Assembly (NCBI RefSeq): GCF_006345805.1
Contig: NC_043003.1
Location: 111,600,001-111,664,000, forward strand
Direction of reading: 5' to 3'
Length of the DNA: 64,000 nt
Source of the DNA: Octopus sinensis
Lineage: Eukaryota
Part shown: piece by piece, positions 14,450 through 27,109 of the stretch
Position numbering within the stretch: the first letter of the stretch is position 1
Layout: every line of letters begins with the position of its first letter
Made by a program: the position numbers and the translations under genes
Notes under the pieces: model-generated
What the model saw: only the letters and a program-made list of their open reading frames with translations
What the model was told of the DNA's origin: nothing
The model's database searches: none

Positions 14450-14518
14450 CATGTATGTGTATTATATATATATATATAGATCGATACATAGATAGATAAA
14501 CATATAGATAGATGGATG

Positions 14519-14561
<43 letters not shown>

Positions 14562-14562
14562 G

Positions 14563-14606
<44 letters not shown>

Positions 14607-14742
14607 CATACATAATGATAGATTGATAATGATACGAGGAGTCTAATGCCTTTTCTTGTGTAACCATGTGTATGTTAAATAAAATAAGAAGACAAAACCG
14701 TGGCTGTGTGAAATTTATAGAACATTTAGAAAATGAAAGGTA

Positions 14743-14790
14743 GACTTACAGCTGTTTCTGGGATATTGGGTTATCCCTTCATCAGAGACG
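14743..14790 (-). ncRNA. Minimal type I hammerhead ribozyme
   Basis: Minus strand reads gtct-CTGATGA-a-gggata(acccaa)tatccc-a-GAAAC-agct-GTA-agtc. Stem III is the palindrome ACAGCTGT. An upstream minus-strand peptide FIYTTRTLGMN (~15035-15070) resembles a PLE GIY-YIG C-terminus. Confidence 0.75.
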
Positions 14791-15269
14791 ATATGAGAGA
14801 AGTAAATAAAGGGAAATGATAGAGTTCAATATAAGGAACAGGATGGATATATGAAATATAATTGGAAAAAAGAGAATGAAAATAGAAGTGAAAATTTATG
14901 AAGTTCCATTATCTAAGGAAAGGACTCTGTAGAATGGGTAGAAATGCTTCTTGTCCATAGTATGTAGATCCCGATAGTAGTTTATATTTTGCTATTACAA
15001 GTTGATAACGTTGCGCCATGATTTCCTTGTGCTATTCATTCCAAGGGTTCTTGTGGTGTAGATGAAATTTTGAGAATGTACTGCCAGGGGTAAGTAGAGA
15101 GAAAAAAGAGAATAGATGTGTATTTTAGGAGGAGAATGATATTAGTCAAAAGGAATAAGGGCAGAAAGAAGAAATGAGGATAATAGCAATGAGGAACTTC
15201 TTACTGATAGACACGATCCATAAAATATCAACGGCTGTAGTAGCCAACGACCAATGATAGACATTGATG

Positions 15270-15450
15270 ACCAAAATAATGCGCACAAAATGTGGAGAAA
15301 TAGTCAAAGTACAAAGACTTCGAAATTGAAGTATTCACTAAGTGGGGAATGAAATTGGAAACAAGACTAGTAATAATTGGAGCATTGGGCAAGATAAAAA
15401 CATGAAGGATAACGAAGAAGCTAGATCTGGATTCTATACACTAGCTAAAA
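15270..15450 (+). mobile_element. RLE LINE C-terminal fragment
   Basis: Peptide SKYKDFEIEVFTKWGMKLETRLVIIGALGKIK. Confidence 0.7.
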
Positions 15451-15840
15451 ATTAGTCTTACAAAGAACATCCCACATCCTAAACATAATATTACCAATTC
15501 AATTATATAACCCCAAAAAACAATTAACAAACCAAGATGCTCTATATCGCAAATATCCAGTAAAATAAACAACCGCCAACAGGACAGTACACAGCAAATA
15601 GCAACATTTCCATTAAAGACACATCGCATAATACAAACACTAATACAACAAAAGATTGCAACGAAATTTCATTGAAATTTCATTAAAAAAAACTGACGCA
15701 TTAAAATCAGAAAGAGTTCACACGCCGACAACTCGGATGTATAGCAGGCGATGCAGTCGAAATTTGCCTGAAATTACCCGAATAGTAACAATAATAATGA
15801 TAATAAAAATAATAATGGTAATAATAATAATAATAACAAA

Positions 15841-15917
<77 letters not shown>

Positions 15918-15922
15918 TAATA

Positions 15923-16736
15923 ATAGACAAAGAAAAATCCCAGCAATGGTTGAGAAGCTCAGGACTCAAAGCAGAAACAGAGGGAGTTTTAATTGCAGCA
16001 CAAGACCAAAGCCTCCCCACCAGAAATTACCAAAAACATGTAATGAAAAGAAATATTACAAGTAACTGCAGAATATGTGGAGATGGACAAGAAACAATAA
16101 ATCATATTATCTGTAGCTGCCCAGTCTTGGCTAAGAAGGAATATATTCACAGACATGACAGAGTTGGAACCTACATACATTGGAAGCTATGCCAACATTA
16201 TGGAATAACAACAGAAAAAAGATGGTATAGGCACACACCAGAAAAGGTCACAGAAAACGAGAAAGCAACCATACTCTGGGATATGCCGATACACACAGAT
16301 AGAGAAATTAAGGCCAACAGACCAGATATAGTTGTCAGAGATCATGAAGAAAAAAAATGCTTTCTAATTGATGTATCAATACCGGCTGATGACAACGTGT
16401 CTCTAAAAGAAATGGAGAAACTCTCAAAATACAAAGACCTGGAAATAGAGGTAACTAGAATGTGGAATCTGAAAAGAGAAACAATTCCTATCATAGTAGG
16501 TGCATTAGGCATGATAAAAAAATATTCAGACAAATACATAACAACAACACCAGGACTTACAAACACATATAACATACAGAAAATTGCACTACTAGGCACT
16601 GCACACATCCTACGCAGAACACTTTCCATACAATAACCATCAGAGCATCACAACAAATCACAGCACATACCCAAGGCACACAGAGCTGTGCTCGGTAGTG
16701 AAGTGAAAGCACGCTATAAAAATAAAACTACTGAAT
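15923..16736 (+). mobile_element. 5'-truncated R4/Dong-like RLE non-LTR retrotransposon with intact C-terminal frame and ~100 bp 3'UTR
   Basis: Open frame to the stop at 16636 with AAQDQSL, the CCHC knuckle CRICGDGQETINHIICSC, RHD, RPD...IDVSIP, KLSKY and ALLGTAHILRRTL. (TAA)n on both sides. Confidence 0.93.
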
Positions 16737-16743
16737 AATAATG

Positions 16744-16798
<55 letters not shown>

Positions 16799-16871
16799 CA
16801 ACAGCAGCTGCAGTAACAACAACAACGACAACAACAACAATTATAATAATAACATTGATGATGATGATAAA

Positions 16872-17411
16872 AATGCCCTGATGCAGTACCAGACAGTGGC
16901 TCTCATGGCTTCTGATCTTAACTGATTGCAAGTGTTATCATGTACATTATTTTGTCTTGGTATAAAAGATTGACTACAGCAAATATTCTGCTCAATACCA
17001 CATATTTGCTTGTCAGTTGTTTGACCTTAACCAGTTGAGCAAGTCCTTTAGTGGCTGACGATATGTGCATCTCTGATCACGAGCAGAAGTTGTGGGGGAG
17101 CATCATAGGCATGTGATGAGAAGGAATTTTGGGGTTTGAATAATTCATCTATGGAACCAGGGGTGTTTCGTTCAACATCCTTAAACTACCGTTATTCAGG
17201 GACCTTTTGCGCGAGATGGGTTGCTCGACCTGAAGAACATTCTAATGGGGCCCGTCTCTAAGGTCATGTGCTGTTTATCTTGATATGAGATCACCATGAC
17301 ACGGACATATGGTTGTGACGCATGTGCCTAGTGCACCCTTATCAGGCGGGTAGACGCGATGGGTATACAGGGCTTCGTATATTTTACCCCAGTGTCACTG
17401 CTCTCTCACTC

Positions 17412-17412
<1 letters not shown>
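16872..17412 (+). mobile_element. ~540 bp non-coding element flanked by (TAA)n
   Basis: Second full copy inverted at 26513-27068, plus a 5' fragment at 20440-20530 and a 3' fragment at 56140-56210. Ends ctctcactc(AAT)n. Confidence 0.8.
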
Positions 17413-17482
<70 letters not shown>

Positions 17483-17491
17483 GGAGAAGAA

Positions 17492-17535
<44 letters not shown>

Positions 17536-17577
17536 AGAAGAAGAAAAGCAACAACAGTAATAATAACAAGTAGTAAT

Positions 17578-19200
17578 GGAGAAAACGAGTCACCTTAGAA
17601 GATTCCCCTTTTAATATTAACTCCAGGGAATACATCAATTGAGTGCAATTTGGTGGTCCACTCTCTCATTCTTTGCTTCAGAAAATTTGCACACATTCAG
17701 CGATCCAAGATTGAGGCATCACATCATATGCCTACTTAAAATCAATCCAACCTTTTACAATGCCTTAAAACTGGTTTTCGATGACCAAGTGATGCTTGGT
17801 ATCCTGAGAACTCTTCCTACGTTCTTTTGGTTGCTTTTGTAGTATTTCTTCCTGCGCCGAGAAAGTGTTTGTCTTTGCCGCACATATTCCAGTGAGTATC
17901 TTCCAGATTATGTTTAGGCATTCTATAGGACTGTAGTTTCAAACAATATTGCCCTGTCTTCTATCTTCCATTATAAACGTTGTCCTCCCAGTTACCATCC
18001 ATACGGCGACACTGTCCTCGTTGAATTGAGCTGCTGGTCTTTCATGCACTGTCTGGCATATCTTCAGCCAAAATCCATGAATCCCATCTGGTCCGGGAGC
18101 TTTCCAGTACTTTACCCACTTCTTCTTTCACGTCACCCCTACTCATGACGTTATTCCTTTGTTTCTTTCTTCATTATATTTCTGTCTGGATAGTTGCTAT
18201 CCACATTGCATCCCTTTCATGCACGACATTGTTTCCCCATAATCCACTCCAGAACTCCAATTTAACGTCCGGGAGAATTGCTTCGGGTAATTTTTTAATA
18301 ATCTGTTCTCCTCGAACTGCTTATTTCTTTTCACATATCTTCTGATCTGCTGGCTTTTTGCTATGATCCTCTATTTCAACAGCTCTATTACTGCATCAAA
18401 CCCGTTCTTCCGTATTTTATATTTCTTCCCTAATTTTTCTTGATCGTTATTTTTCTCATTTTTCCAGTTTCCTCTTAACCATTGTTCAATTTTTCCTATA
18501 TCTTGCCTTGCCCGCATTATATCGCTTTCAATGTGTTATTTCCACCATGGTACATTTGCTCCAGCATTTTTTGATTTCTTAAGTTTTAATTTCTCCTCAG
18601 CAGGCAGTGCAATAGGCCAGTGAAGATTCCTTGTTTGTGTTATATCCTCCGCCTGGATATATGGTATGACAGTATTTATCTTTTGTGTTACTTTATTTAT
18701 CATACTCCTATCTACCCTTTTCATTCATGGAGATTTTTTTCTTCTGAAGCATTCATCAAGTCAGTGAGTCATCTTTGAATTTCAAGCAATTCATTATCTT
18801 GTTGGTTCATTTCCCCCGCATTTCCACCCACCACAGCATCAGGGTTGACTGTATAACATTCCTGTTCCTCATCCTTAACAGCCCCATCACCATTCCGTTG
18901 TTCCTCCTGTCTACACCTCTCTCTGCTTTCAGCTCCTACCTCTCTGTTCACAACTCCAAATATCCTTTGTAGGCCGTCCGCAGGGTCTCCCAGACTCTAA
19001 GTAATCCGAGATATTTCTACTACACTTAAGTAACCCTTCCTTCTAAACACTCTCACTTATTTAATTAGTTTATTTTCTGACATTGGGCATATGTCTTCTA
19101 CATCCAAAATTCCATGGTACGTCGGCCTACTCCGCGACATTTTTCCAGGTTTGCTCGTTCATGATATTTCAATAAGTGTATCGTACTCTTCATTCATCCA
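17578..19200 (-). mobile_element. Decayed R4/Dong-like LINE, N-terminal region through RT motif 4
   Basis: Minus-strand peptides WKAPGPDGIHGFWLK, WIDFKxAYDVMPQSWI and VNIKRGIFxGDSFSP. Confidence 0.85.
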
Positions 19201-19880
19201 CTTATGTCTGTCTATAAAATTTCTGACACCCAGAAAGAGAGTGGAAAATGTGAACCACTTGGTTAGTGGATGTGAGAGCATTGCACAAAAAGAATACAAG
19301 CGCCGCCACGATAAAATGTGTTTGTAACTTCTTTGGCTCTTATGCTGTAAATACCAACATGATGTAACAGAAAACTGTACGAGCATGTACAAAGTAAAGT
19401 TATGCAGGAGGATGGAAAAGTAACGATACTCTGGAACTATCATTTTCAGTCGGATCGTGTAATCGAACACCGTCGGCCGAATATTGTCATATTGAATAAG
19501 AGAGAGAAATACTGTCAGATCATTAATGTTTCCATAACAAATGATATGAATGTTGTGATTGAAGACGTTGAAAAAGTCAACAAGTACTCAGGATTGAAAC
19601 TGGAAATAGTAAGACCGTATGGAATGCAAGAGGGTAATGTAAAATTGATACCATTGGTAATCGGAGCGTTGAGCTCAATCCCATTGAAACTTCAAGACTT
19701 CTTAAGGCAACTGGAAATTCCATGCAAGATTGATGTCTTGCAAAAAGCAACATTACTGGGCCCAGTACACATCTTAATAAAAGTATTATCTGTCAGAGGT
19801 CCTTGTTGTGACTTGACAGATGACTAAAAACTCCGGTACATTTTTACCTGCGCTGTCTTACGAAGGAATGAATAATTATA
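19200..19880 (+). mobile_element. R4/Dong-like LINE C-terminus (knuckle plus RLE)
   Basis: ENVNHLVSGCESIAQKEYKRRHD, ILWNYHFQSDRVIEHRRPNIV and LQKATLLGPVHILIKVL. Confidence 0.88.
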
Positions 19881-19884
19881 ATAA

Positions 19885-20326
19885 AGATATGACAACGTGT
19901 CAAGTATTTATCATTTGGAGCTCTGTGAAGAACAAACACGTGGTATGAGAAAACCCTACAAGGAATCACTGAGGTTGAAGATTGCAACTTTCCGTGGGGT
20001 GCAATGATTCAGCCCGATCAACCAGGCAGAAATCAGAAATCAGACATTTTTGTGGTCAATAAAGAAGAAAGAACATAGCAAGTTCGGTGACAACAGAATC
20101 AAAGAGAAAGAAGAAAAACTGAACAACTTCGACGATATTTTAAGTGAGAAATACGATGTTTGTGGTCAATTAGGAGAGTAGAACTACAAAAATCAGCATT
20201 GCTTGGAACTGCAAGAATTCTTCGCAGGGTTCATGAACCATGGCGAATAAAAAAGTGTCAATTTTGGCAGCTAGATCTGGACATCTAACATTTTACCCAT
20301 CAAAATAAACTAAAAAATTTTCCTCC

Positions 20327-20413
<87 letters not shown>
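19885..20413 (+). mobile_element. Internally deleted RLE LINE 3' end with (TAA)n tail
   Basis: PDIFVVNKEE and LQKSALLGTARILRRV, followed by (TAA)n at ~20326-20413. Confidence 0.75.
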
Positions 20414-20415
<2 letters not shown>

Positions 20416-20645
20416 CAACAACAGCAAGATTAATTAACATGATGCACTACCAGGCAGTGGCTCTCATGATTTCTGATCTTAACTGATTGGAAATGAAATC
20501 ATGTACACTGCTTTTCTTGATATAAAAGATGCGATATATGTGTGTATGAATTTTTATATACATTTACATATATATATATATATATACATATAAATATATG
20601 TATATACATATATATATACACACACACGCACACAGACACACACAC

Positions 20646-20724
<79 letters not shown>

Positions 20725-20751
20725 TAGATAGACAGCTAGATATAGATAGTT

Positions 20752-21040
20752 AGTTGTTTATAAGCCATTAAAGAACAAAAAAAAACAGATTCACTTCAAC
20801 ATTTAAATCTAGTTTGTGTCAAAATATCTTCGTCGCTTTGAAACTGCGAATGGTTAACCGACAAGACTTCAGGCTGCTGTTGAGAAAGTAACCGTTGCTA
20901 TTTCAGATGCAGCATGATGTTTTCTCAGTGAACAAGTTGCAGTTTCAAAGTGACGCAAATATTTTGACGCAAACTAAATTTAAAATGTTGAACTGAATCT
21001 AACGGTTTATTGTGTGTTCTTGAATGTCATATAAACAACT
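20752..21040. mobile_element. Palindromic MITE-like element
   Basis: Termini agttgtttata / tataaacaact. Imperfect inverted arms of ~120 bp, e.g. gtcaaaatatcttcgtcgctttgaaactgc versus gcagtttcaaagtgacgcaaatattttgac. Confidence 0.8.
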
Positions 21041-21114
21041 TGCACACTGACACTTTTTATTATATATATTATATATCGATATGTATTATATATATATATA
21101 TATCTATATATATA

Positions 21115-21165
<51 letters not shown>

Positions 21166-21206
21166 CATATATGTATATATATAATATATATATATCTATA
21201 TGTATG

Positions 21207-21258
<52 letters not shown>

Positions 21259-21531
21259 TACATTAGAGATAAAACCACTTTTAGGCAAATCAAACAGTGA
21301 AAAACATAAACCAAAACATAGAAATAAAATTAATCAATATAACATACATAATATATAAAAAATATAATTCAAAATTTAAAATATTTAAATTTAAAGTTAA
21401 AAATTTAAAATTATTAATTTATATTTAGAAATTCATATATATATATGTATATAGATTTATTTATTTTTTTTATTAAATATATATAACTATCAAAAAGTAT
21501 AAAAAGTTTAATATAAGATAAAAAAGTAAAG

Positions 21532-21629
21532 CCACTACGATCGTTTCCTGCCCAATAACCTAATTCGAATGACAATAATTTTAATTCATTTAATAATTCG
21601 AATTATGGTTATAGTCAATCTTCAGGTTA
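21532..21629 (-). ncRNA. Type I hammerhead ribozyme with long stem II
   Basis: Minus strand reads aac-CTGAAGA-ttgactataacc-a-taattcgaat...attcgaatta-ggttattgggcag-GAAAC-gatc-GTA-gtgg. Stem III is the palindrome ACGATCGT. Stem I is eroded. Confidence 0.7.
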
Positions 21630-22124
21630 ATGATAATAGTTAAATAAATAATCAAATATATTTAAACACTAATTTTTAAGAAATAAATAATATAATAATT
21701 TTTCTTATAAAAAACTCTATTATCAAACTAGAAACTTTAACGATTATGATTATGTCATACAATAGTTTATAATGTTAAATATTAATTTTTAAGGTAAGAA
21801 TAGATGTATTTATCTATTCAGAAATAATAAGACTTTTAAAAAGACATAATAAACCCACAAATAATCTAATCACAGTTACAGTCAATATCTAATTTACCTC
21901 TAATATTAAAAAAAAAGGTAATCACTATTCATATTATTAAATTTAATTTCAAATCAAATAATTATATAATATTTGAATAAGAACTAAATTATCACTGAAT
22001 ATATATAAAAAATGTATATAAATATAAGAATTAAGATCTAAAATTATCTCTATAAAAAATATATATATATATAAGGACTTATAATAAAAACTTAAAAACT
22101 AATTGTTCATTATTAAACACCTTG

Positions 22125-23280
22125 CAAAATTTTTAGTCGAATGAATCGACCCCAGTACATGTTTTTAAAACTGGTACATATTTAATCAATAACTAGTGGC
22201 GAGCCGCTGCATTATGAGGGCTGAAACACGCTAAGCCCAGTTGTCAGGCCATAGTAACACAGACATGCTCACACACACACATATACAGACAGACAGACAT
22301 CCACACACCCATGCATTTGATATTTTTAATTTCGCGTGTGCGCTTTGTTTTTGATATTGTCTACACAGTATTGTAGAGTCAGTTGGGCACCGTCTGTGAT
22401 AAAAACAGCACTACGACGCAATTCATTCCGCCAGAAATTTGGATACGACATGCTGTCCGGCTCAGCATTCGCTACGGAAACACCAATAGGAACATTTCAG
22501 TGTTTGGTGTTAATCTGAGGACAGTGAAATCATAGGACATGTACCGAACGTGATAAATATCAAACATCCACCCAATATCATGGAATTTGGTGTGATCACT
22601 AGTGATCCCCCCATCCATCTCCTCACACGGCGTCAAACTCAACACGGAGGCCTACATCATATGTATGGATGTAGTACTGCTTCCCTGGATCAAGTGGGTG
22701 ACTGTTGGAAGGACCTGTCTGAAAAGGGAAATTTGTGCCATGCTACAAATGTAAAAGCCAGTCATGGCTGTCAGACATTTCCGCGACCATATCACTCCTA
22801 ACACCTGGCCATCTAACTTCACAGAATGCAACCCCTGGATTATGTGTGGGGTGCAGTTGACCAAGAAATCTCCTTGTTACACAGAATATGAACTGATGGC
22901 ACGGATTATGGCAGCATTCAACAACGTAAACACAGTGACCACCCAGAAGAGATGCAAGAGATTCAGAGGTCGTCTAGAGGACATGGTTGAAGCCAATGGC
23001 GATTTTATTGAATACATTTACTCTCTAGCATTTCAAGATATTTTTACGTAATTTTGATAAATATATGGGATGTCAATGTTATTTTCATTTTTGCGTAATT
23101 TAGATGACAGTTTATTCACCACACCCTGTATAAACATGGCGCATTTCTTTCAGTTTCTGTCAATCAAATCCACTCTCAAGGCTTTGATGGGCCAGAGTGT
23201 TTATTAGATGACCCTTCCCAAGGCGCCACACAATAGAGCTGAACACAGATCCACTCTGCAATGGTTGCATTATGAAAGTT
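22125..23280 (-). mobile_element. Degenerate SINE family A split by a mariner insertion
   Basis: 22125-22310 matches the SINE 3' half (ttagtcga...tcgacccc). 23140-23280 matches the 5' half (ctttcagtttc...aaatccactc). Confidence 0.65.
22440..23131 (+). mobile_element. 5'-truncated Tc1/mariner (maT/DD37D-like) remnant
   Basis: IKHPPNIMEFGVITSD and DHITPNTWPSNFTECNP (compare WPPSSPDLNP). The right end is cacaccctg followed by TA. Confidence 0.8.
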
Positions 23281-23443
23281 ACCTCAAATTATTTTATATT
23301 TGGTTAATTAATTATAATTTTTTGTGTAAAATACACTTATTTTGTAGATATAGCTTGGATGTATTTTGCAATTTTTTATTAAACGTACAAGTAGGTGAAA
23401 CTTCAGTCTACTGAATAAAAAAATCAAATGCATTTAGAAACTC

Positions 23444-23489
<46 letters not shown>

Positions 23490-23536
23490 ATATTATATAT
23501 ATACGTATGTATGAATGTATGTATATATATATATAT

Positions 23537-23699
23537 AAGAAATAATACTCATTTGTAATTTTTTTTATTTCACTGAAGATATTGAAAATTTAGAATATAT
23601 TGAGACGGGAAAAACCCACAATTTCTATACACGCATATACATACATACATATATGCATACATATACAACCACATACAGACACACACAGAAGTACACACT

Positions 23700-23749
<50 letters not shown>

Positions 23750-23846
23750 TATATAATATATATATATATATACACATATATATTCAATATTCTAAATCTT
23801 CAACATCTTCAGTGACATAAAAAATTATAAATGAGTATTATTTCTT
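23537..23846. repeat. ~65 bp inverted repeat around a CA/TA microsatellite spacer
   Basis: aagaaataatactcatttgtaatttt...cactgaagatattgaaaatttagaatat versus atattctaaatcttcaacatcttcagtg...ttataaatgagtattatttctt. Confidence 0.8.
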
Positions 23847-24791
23847 TTCTTATTTCAAAGTCAGAGCATTTATTATTTCATATTTTAGGATACACATAAA
23901 ACAATATAAATTCAACTTTACTTCTATTGTTAACCTGACAAAGTATTTGAATACGTCTTAATTCCATAGAACCATTAAAACATTGTATACAGCTACGATG
24001 GTAAACATGAAAAGAAATTTGAGGAAGCAGACTTGTATCTATAGCATTAAATAAATCTTTAAAATCTCTATACCTTATATTAAATTATAATCCGTAAAAT
24101 TAAAAGGAAGTAAACTGGCAATTATATATCAGACTATTTCTTATGTTTAAAACAGAAAATAGTATATGTCACTAACTCACTGCACAGTCTCTGTTTGAGA
24201 TGAAGAATGTTTATTCATATTTCTATAGATTATCAAATATGAAGGATTTTCCAGTTTATATAATAAAATCAATATCTGATTTCTTGGATGTTTCAGATCA
24301 TGTATGTATCATAAATGATACCCAACAGCATTTCAGATCTGCTTCTAGCATTGATAATCAAAGTGAAAACACGTGGTGCATATTAACTCTACGGCGCTTA
24401 GTTTGCTGAGCACTAAGGGCTAAGCCTTCAAATATAAATATTTGATAATCTTAATGGAATTAAATTGTAATTTTACAACAATGGAAAGGATAAAAAATAT
24501 CTTAGTAATCCTTGTCTAAATCAAATGTTTACATAGTGGTCTAAAATGAGGGTGAATGTAAGTGTTAACGCAAATAAGACTTCAATTGAGAATAATTCAG
24601 TATGTTCACGAAAAAATAACCCGATAGCATTCAATGCAGATTATCACTAATATGTGGTTGATGTTACAATACCGATTTTGTAAAATTGTAATAAAAAGGC
24701 TGCACTTCAAACACCTGATGAGAAGACGACAGAATATACAAAACACATATCGGGAAGATACATAGAGATAATCATCGCTAGAGATACTTAC

Positions 24792-25012
24792 TTCTTTACT
24801 ACCCACAAGGGGCCAAACACAGAGGACAAACAAGGACAAACAAACGAATTAAGTCGATTACATCGACCCCAGTGCGCAACTGGTACATATTTAATCGACC
24901 CCGAAAGTATGAAAGGCAAAGTCGACCTCGGCGGAATTTGAACTTAGAACGTAGCGACAGACGAAATAACGCTAAGCATTTCGCCTGGCGCGCTAATGTT
25001 TCTGCCAGCTCG
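24792..25012 (-). mobile_element. Near full-length tRNA-like SINE family B with probable TSD
   Basis: Head has tggcagaaacattagc and a B-box-like agttcaaattcc. Flanks ctagagatact (24778-24788) and ctagagttact (25013-25023) look like a target site duplication. Confidence 0.85.
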
Positions 25013-25862
25013 CTAGAGTTACTGCCGTACAAACCGTGGGCGAAAGAATAATTTTATTAAAGAAATTATCACTGACGCGGTTAGTAGGGCGTTAACGATT
25101 TTGCTAGATTATTTCGCAGTAAACAGTTCTCGTTTTGATATTCTTTTATTTTTAAATAATTGGTGCAAGGAAAACACGGAAAATGCTAACAGTGAAGAAA
25201 ATGTACCACCCAAACGCAAATATTGAGAAAGTGTATTTTACATGGAGATATAATGGCGGAGAATTTCTCCAGTGAGAATTAACACACAAAATCACCATCA
25301 TAGGGCTCGGCCCATAACTCAAGGGGATAGAAGACCTTCTAGAAATTGGCTATTATCTTGATGGACGAGAAAAAAGGCCAAAATGTACGCAGATTAATTG
25401 GAAACTCCAGAATTACCATCTGCTCAAATTTAAGCAATCACCAGTATACCCAAAATGTAAAAAAGACTAAAAAATCAAAACGAAAAATAGTAAAATCAAG
25501 AGGAAGTACAAAATAGGATAAAATGCTTTGCCTGGAAAATATGCAAAATTAATAAAGAACGCCAAAGTACGATATCCCAATACATAGAAATGGTTGAACA
25601 ACTGACTCTAAATGAAAATATGCATTCAAACATGTCTTACAAAGATAGAAGAATAAAAAATTGAGCCCCCACCCACCTTCCAATGCAGAATATGTATCAA
25701 GTTCGAAGATACAATTGTTTGGGTGATAATCTGAGGACAGTGAAATCTTAGGACAATTATTTTGCCAGTCCAAATGTGATGGGTTTGTAGGCGATTTCAG
25801 ATTGGAACAAACATCTCCTCCTTGAGCTGTAGGTAGGTAAAGTTCATCTGCGTCTGCCTTCT

Positions 25863-25901
25863 GGTATTATTATTATTACTGTTATTATTATTATTATTGT
25901 T

Positions 25902-25937
<36 letters not shown>

Positions 25938-25941
25938 CTTG

Positions 25942-25974
<33 letters not shown>

Positions 25975-26397
25975 ACATCGTCATCGTCATCATCGCCATC
26001 GTCATCGTCATCGTCGTAATCGTCGACGTCGTCATCGTCGTCGTCGTCATAGTCATCGTCGTCATCGTCGTTGTCGTCATCATCGTCATCGCCGTCATCC
26101 TCCTCCTCCTCCTCCTCATCATCATCATCGCCATCGTCATCGTCATCATCGTCATCGTCATCGTCATCATCGCCATCGTCGTCGTCGTCGTCATCGTCCT
26201 CGTCGTCATCGTCGTCGTCGTCATCGTCGTTGTCGTCGTCATCATCGTCGTCGTCGACATCGTCATCGTTGTCATCACCATCATCATCATCATCATCATC
26301 ATCATAATCATCATCATCATCATTATTATTATCATCATCATCATCGTCATCGTCATCGTCATCGTCGTCGTCGTCGTCGTCTTCTTCAGCGTCATCG

Positions 26398-26429
<32 letters not shown>

Positions 26430-26459
26430 GTTGTTCTTGTTATATTATTATTATTATTA

Positions 26460-26490
<31 letters not shown>

Positions 26491-26512
26491 GTTCCTATTA
26501 TTATTGTTATTA
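25863..26512. repeat. Compound trinucleotide tract (ATT)/(GTT)/(CAT)/(CGT)
   Basis: Seen directly. It produces the poly-M/T and poly-S pseudo-ORFs in the track. Confidence 0.95.
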
Positions 26513-27068
26513 TTGAGTGAAAGAACAGTGCATACCATGAAACTGACACTGGTGTAAAATATACGAAGCCCAGTATACCCATCATGACTACCCGCCTGGT
26601 AAGGTTACACCAGACACATGCATCTCAACCATGTGTTCGTGATATGATGATGTCATACCAAGATATCAAGTGCATGATCTTGCAGGTGGAGCCCTGTTAG
26701 AATTTTCGTCAGCTCGAGTAGCCCATCCCACTCAAAAGGTCTCTGAATAAGTGCTGTTCAAGGATGGTGAACAAAACAACCATGTTTGAAAAAGCTGAAT
26801 TATCCAAACCTAAAATGTTCCTTTCAACACATGGCTATGATGCTCCCCCACTACTTCCGCTCGTGATCAGAGATGCACATATTGTCAGCCACCAAGAGGC
26901 ATGTGCAACTGGCTATGGTCAAACAACTGACAAGCAAATCTGTGGTATTGAGCAGAATATTTGCTGTAGCCCATCTTTTATACCAAGATAAAACAATGTA
27001 CATGATAACACTTCCAATCATTTAAGATCAGAAGCCATGAGAGCTACTGCCTTGTACTTCATCAAGGC
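26513..27068 (-). mobile_element. Second copy of the ~540 bp (TAA)n-associated non-coding element
   Basis: Reverse complement of 16872-17412 along its whole length. The 3' end runs into (TAA)n on the minus strand. Confidence 0.85.
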
Positions 27069-27109
27069 AAAGTAATGTTCAGAAGCCATGAGAGCCGCGT
27101 CTGCATGGG

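Noticed and set aside
15656-15922. N-terminal part of the 326-aa ORF
   Set aside because: Chance read-through of flank and (ATA)n into the LINE frame. Homology-like sequence starts only at ~15923.
25100-25850. Possible RLE LINE N-terminal remnant
   Set aside because: No diagnostic motif could be read with confidence.
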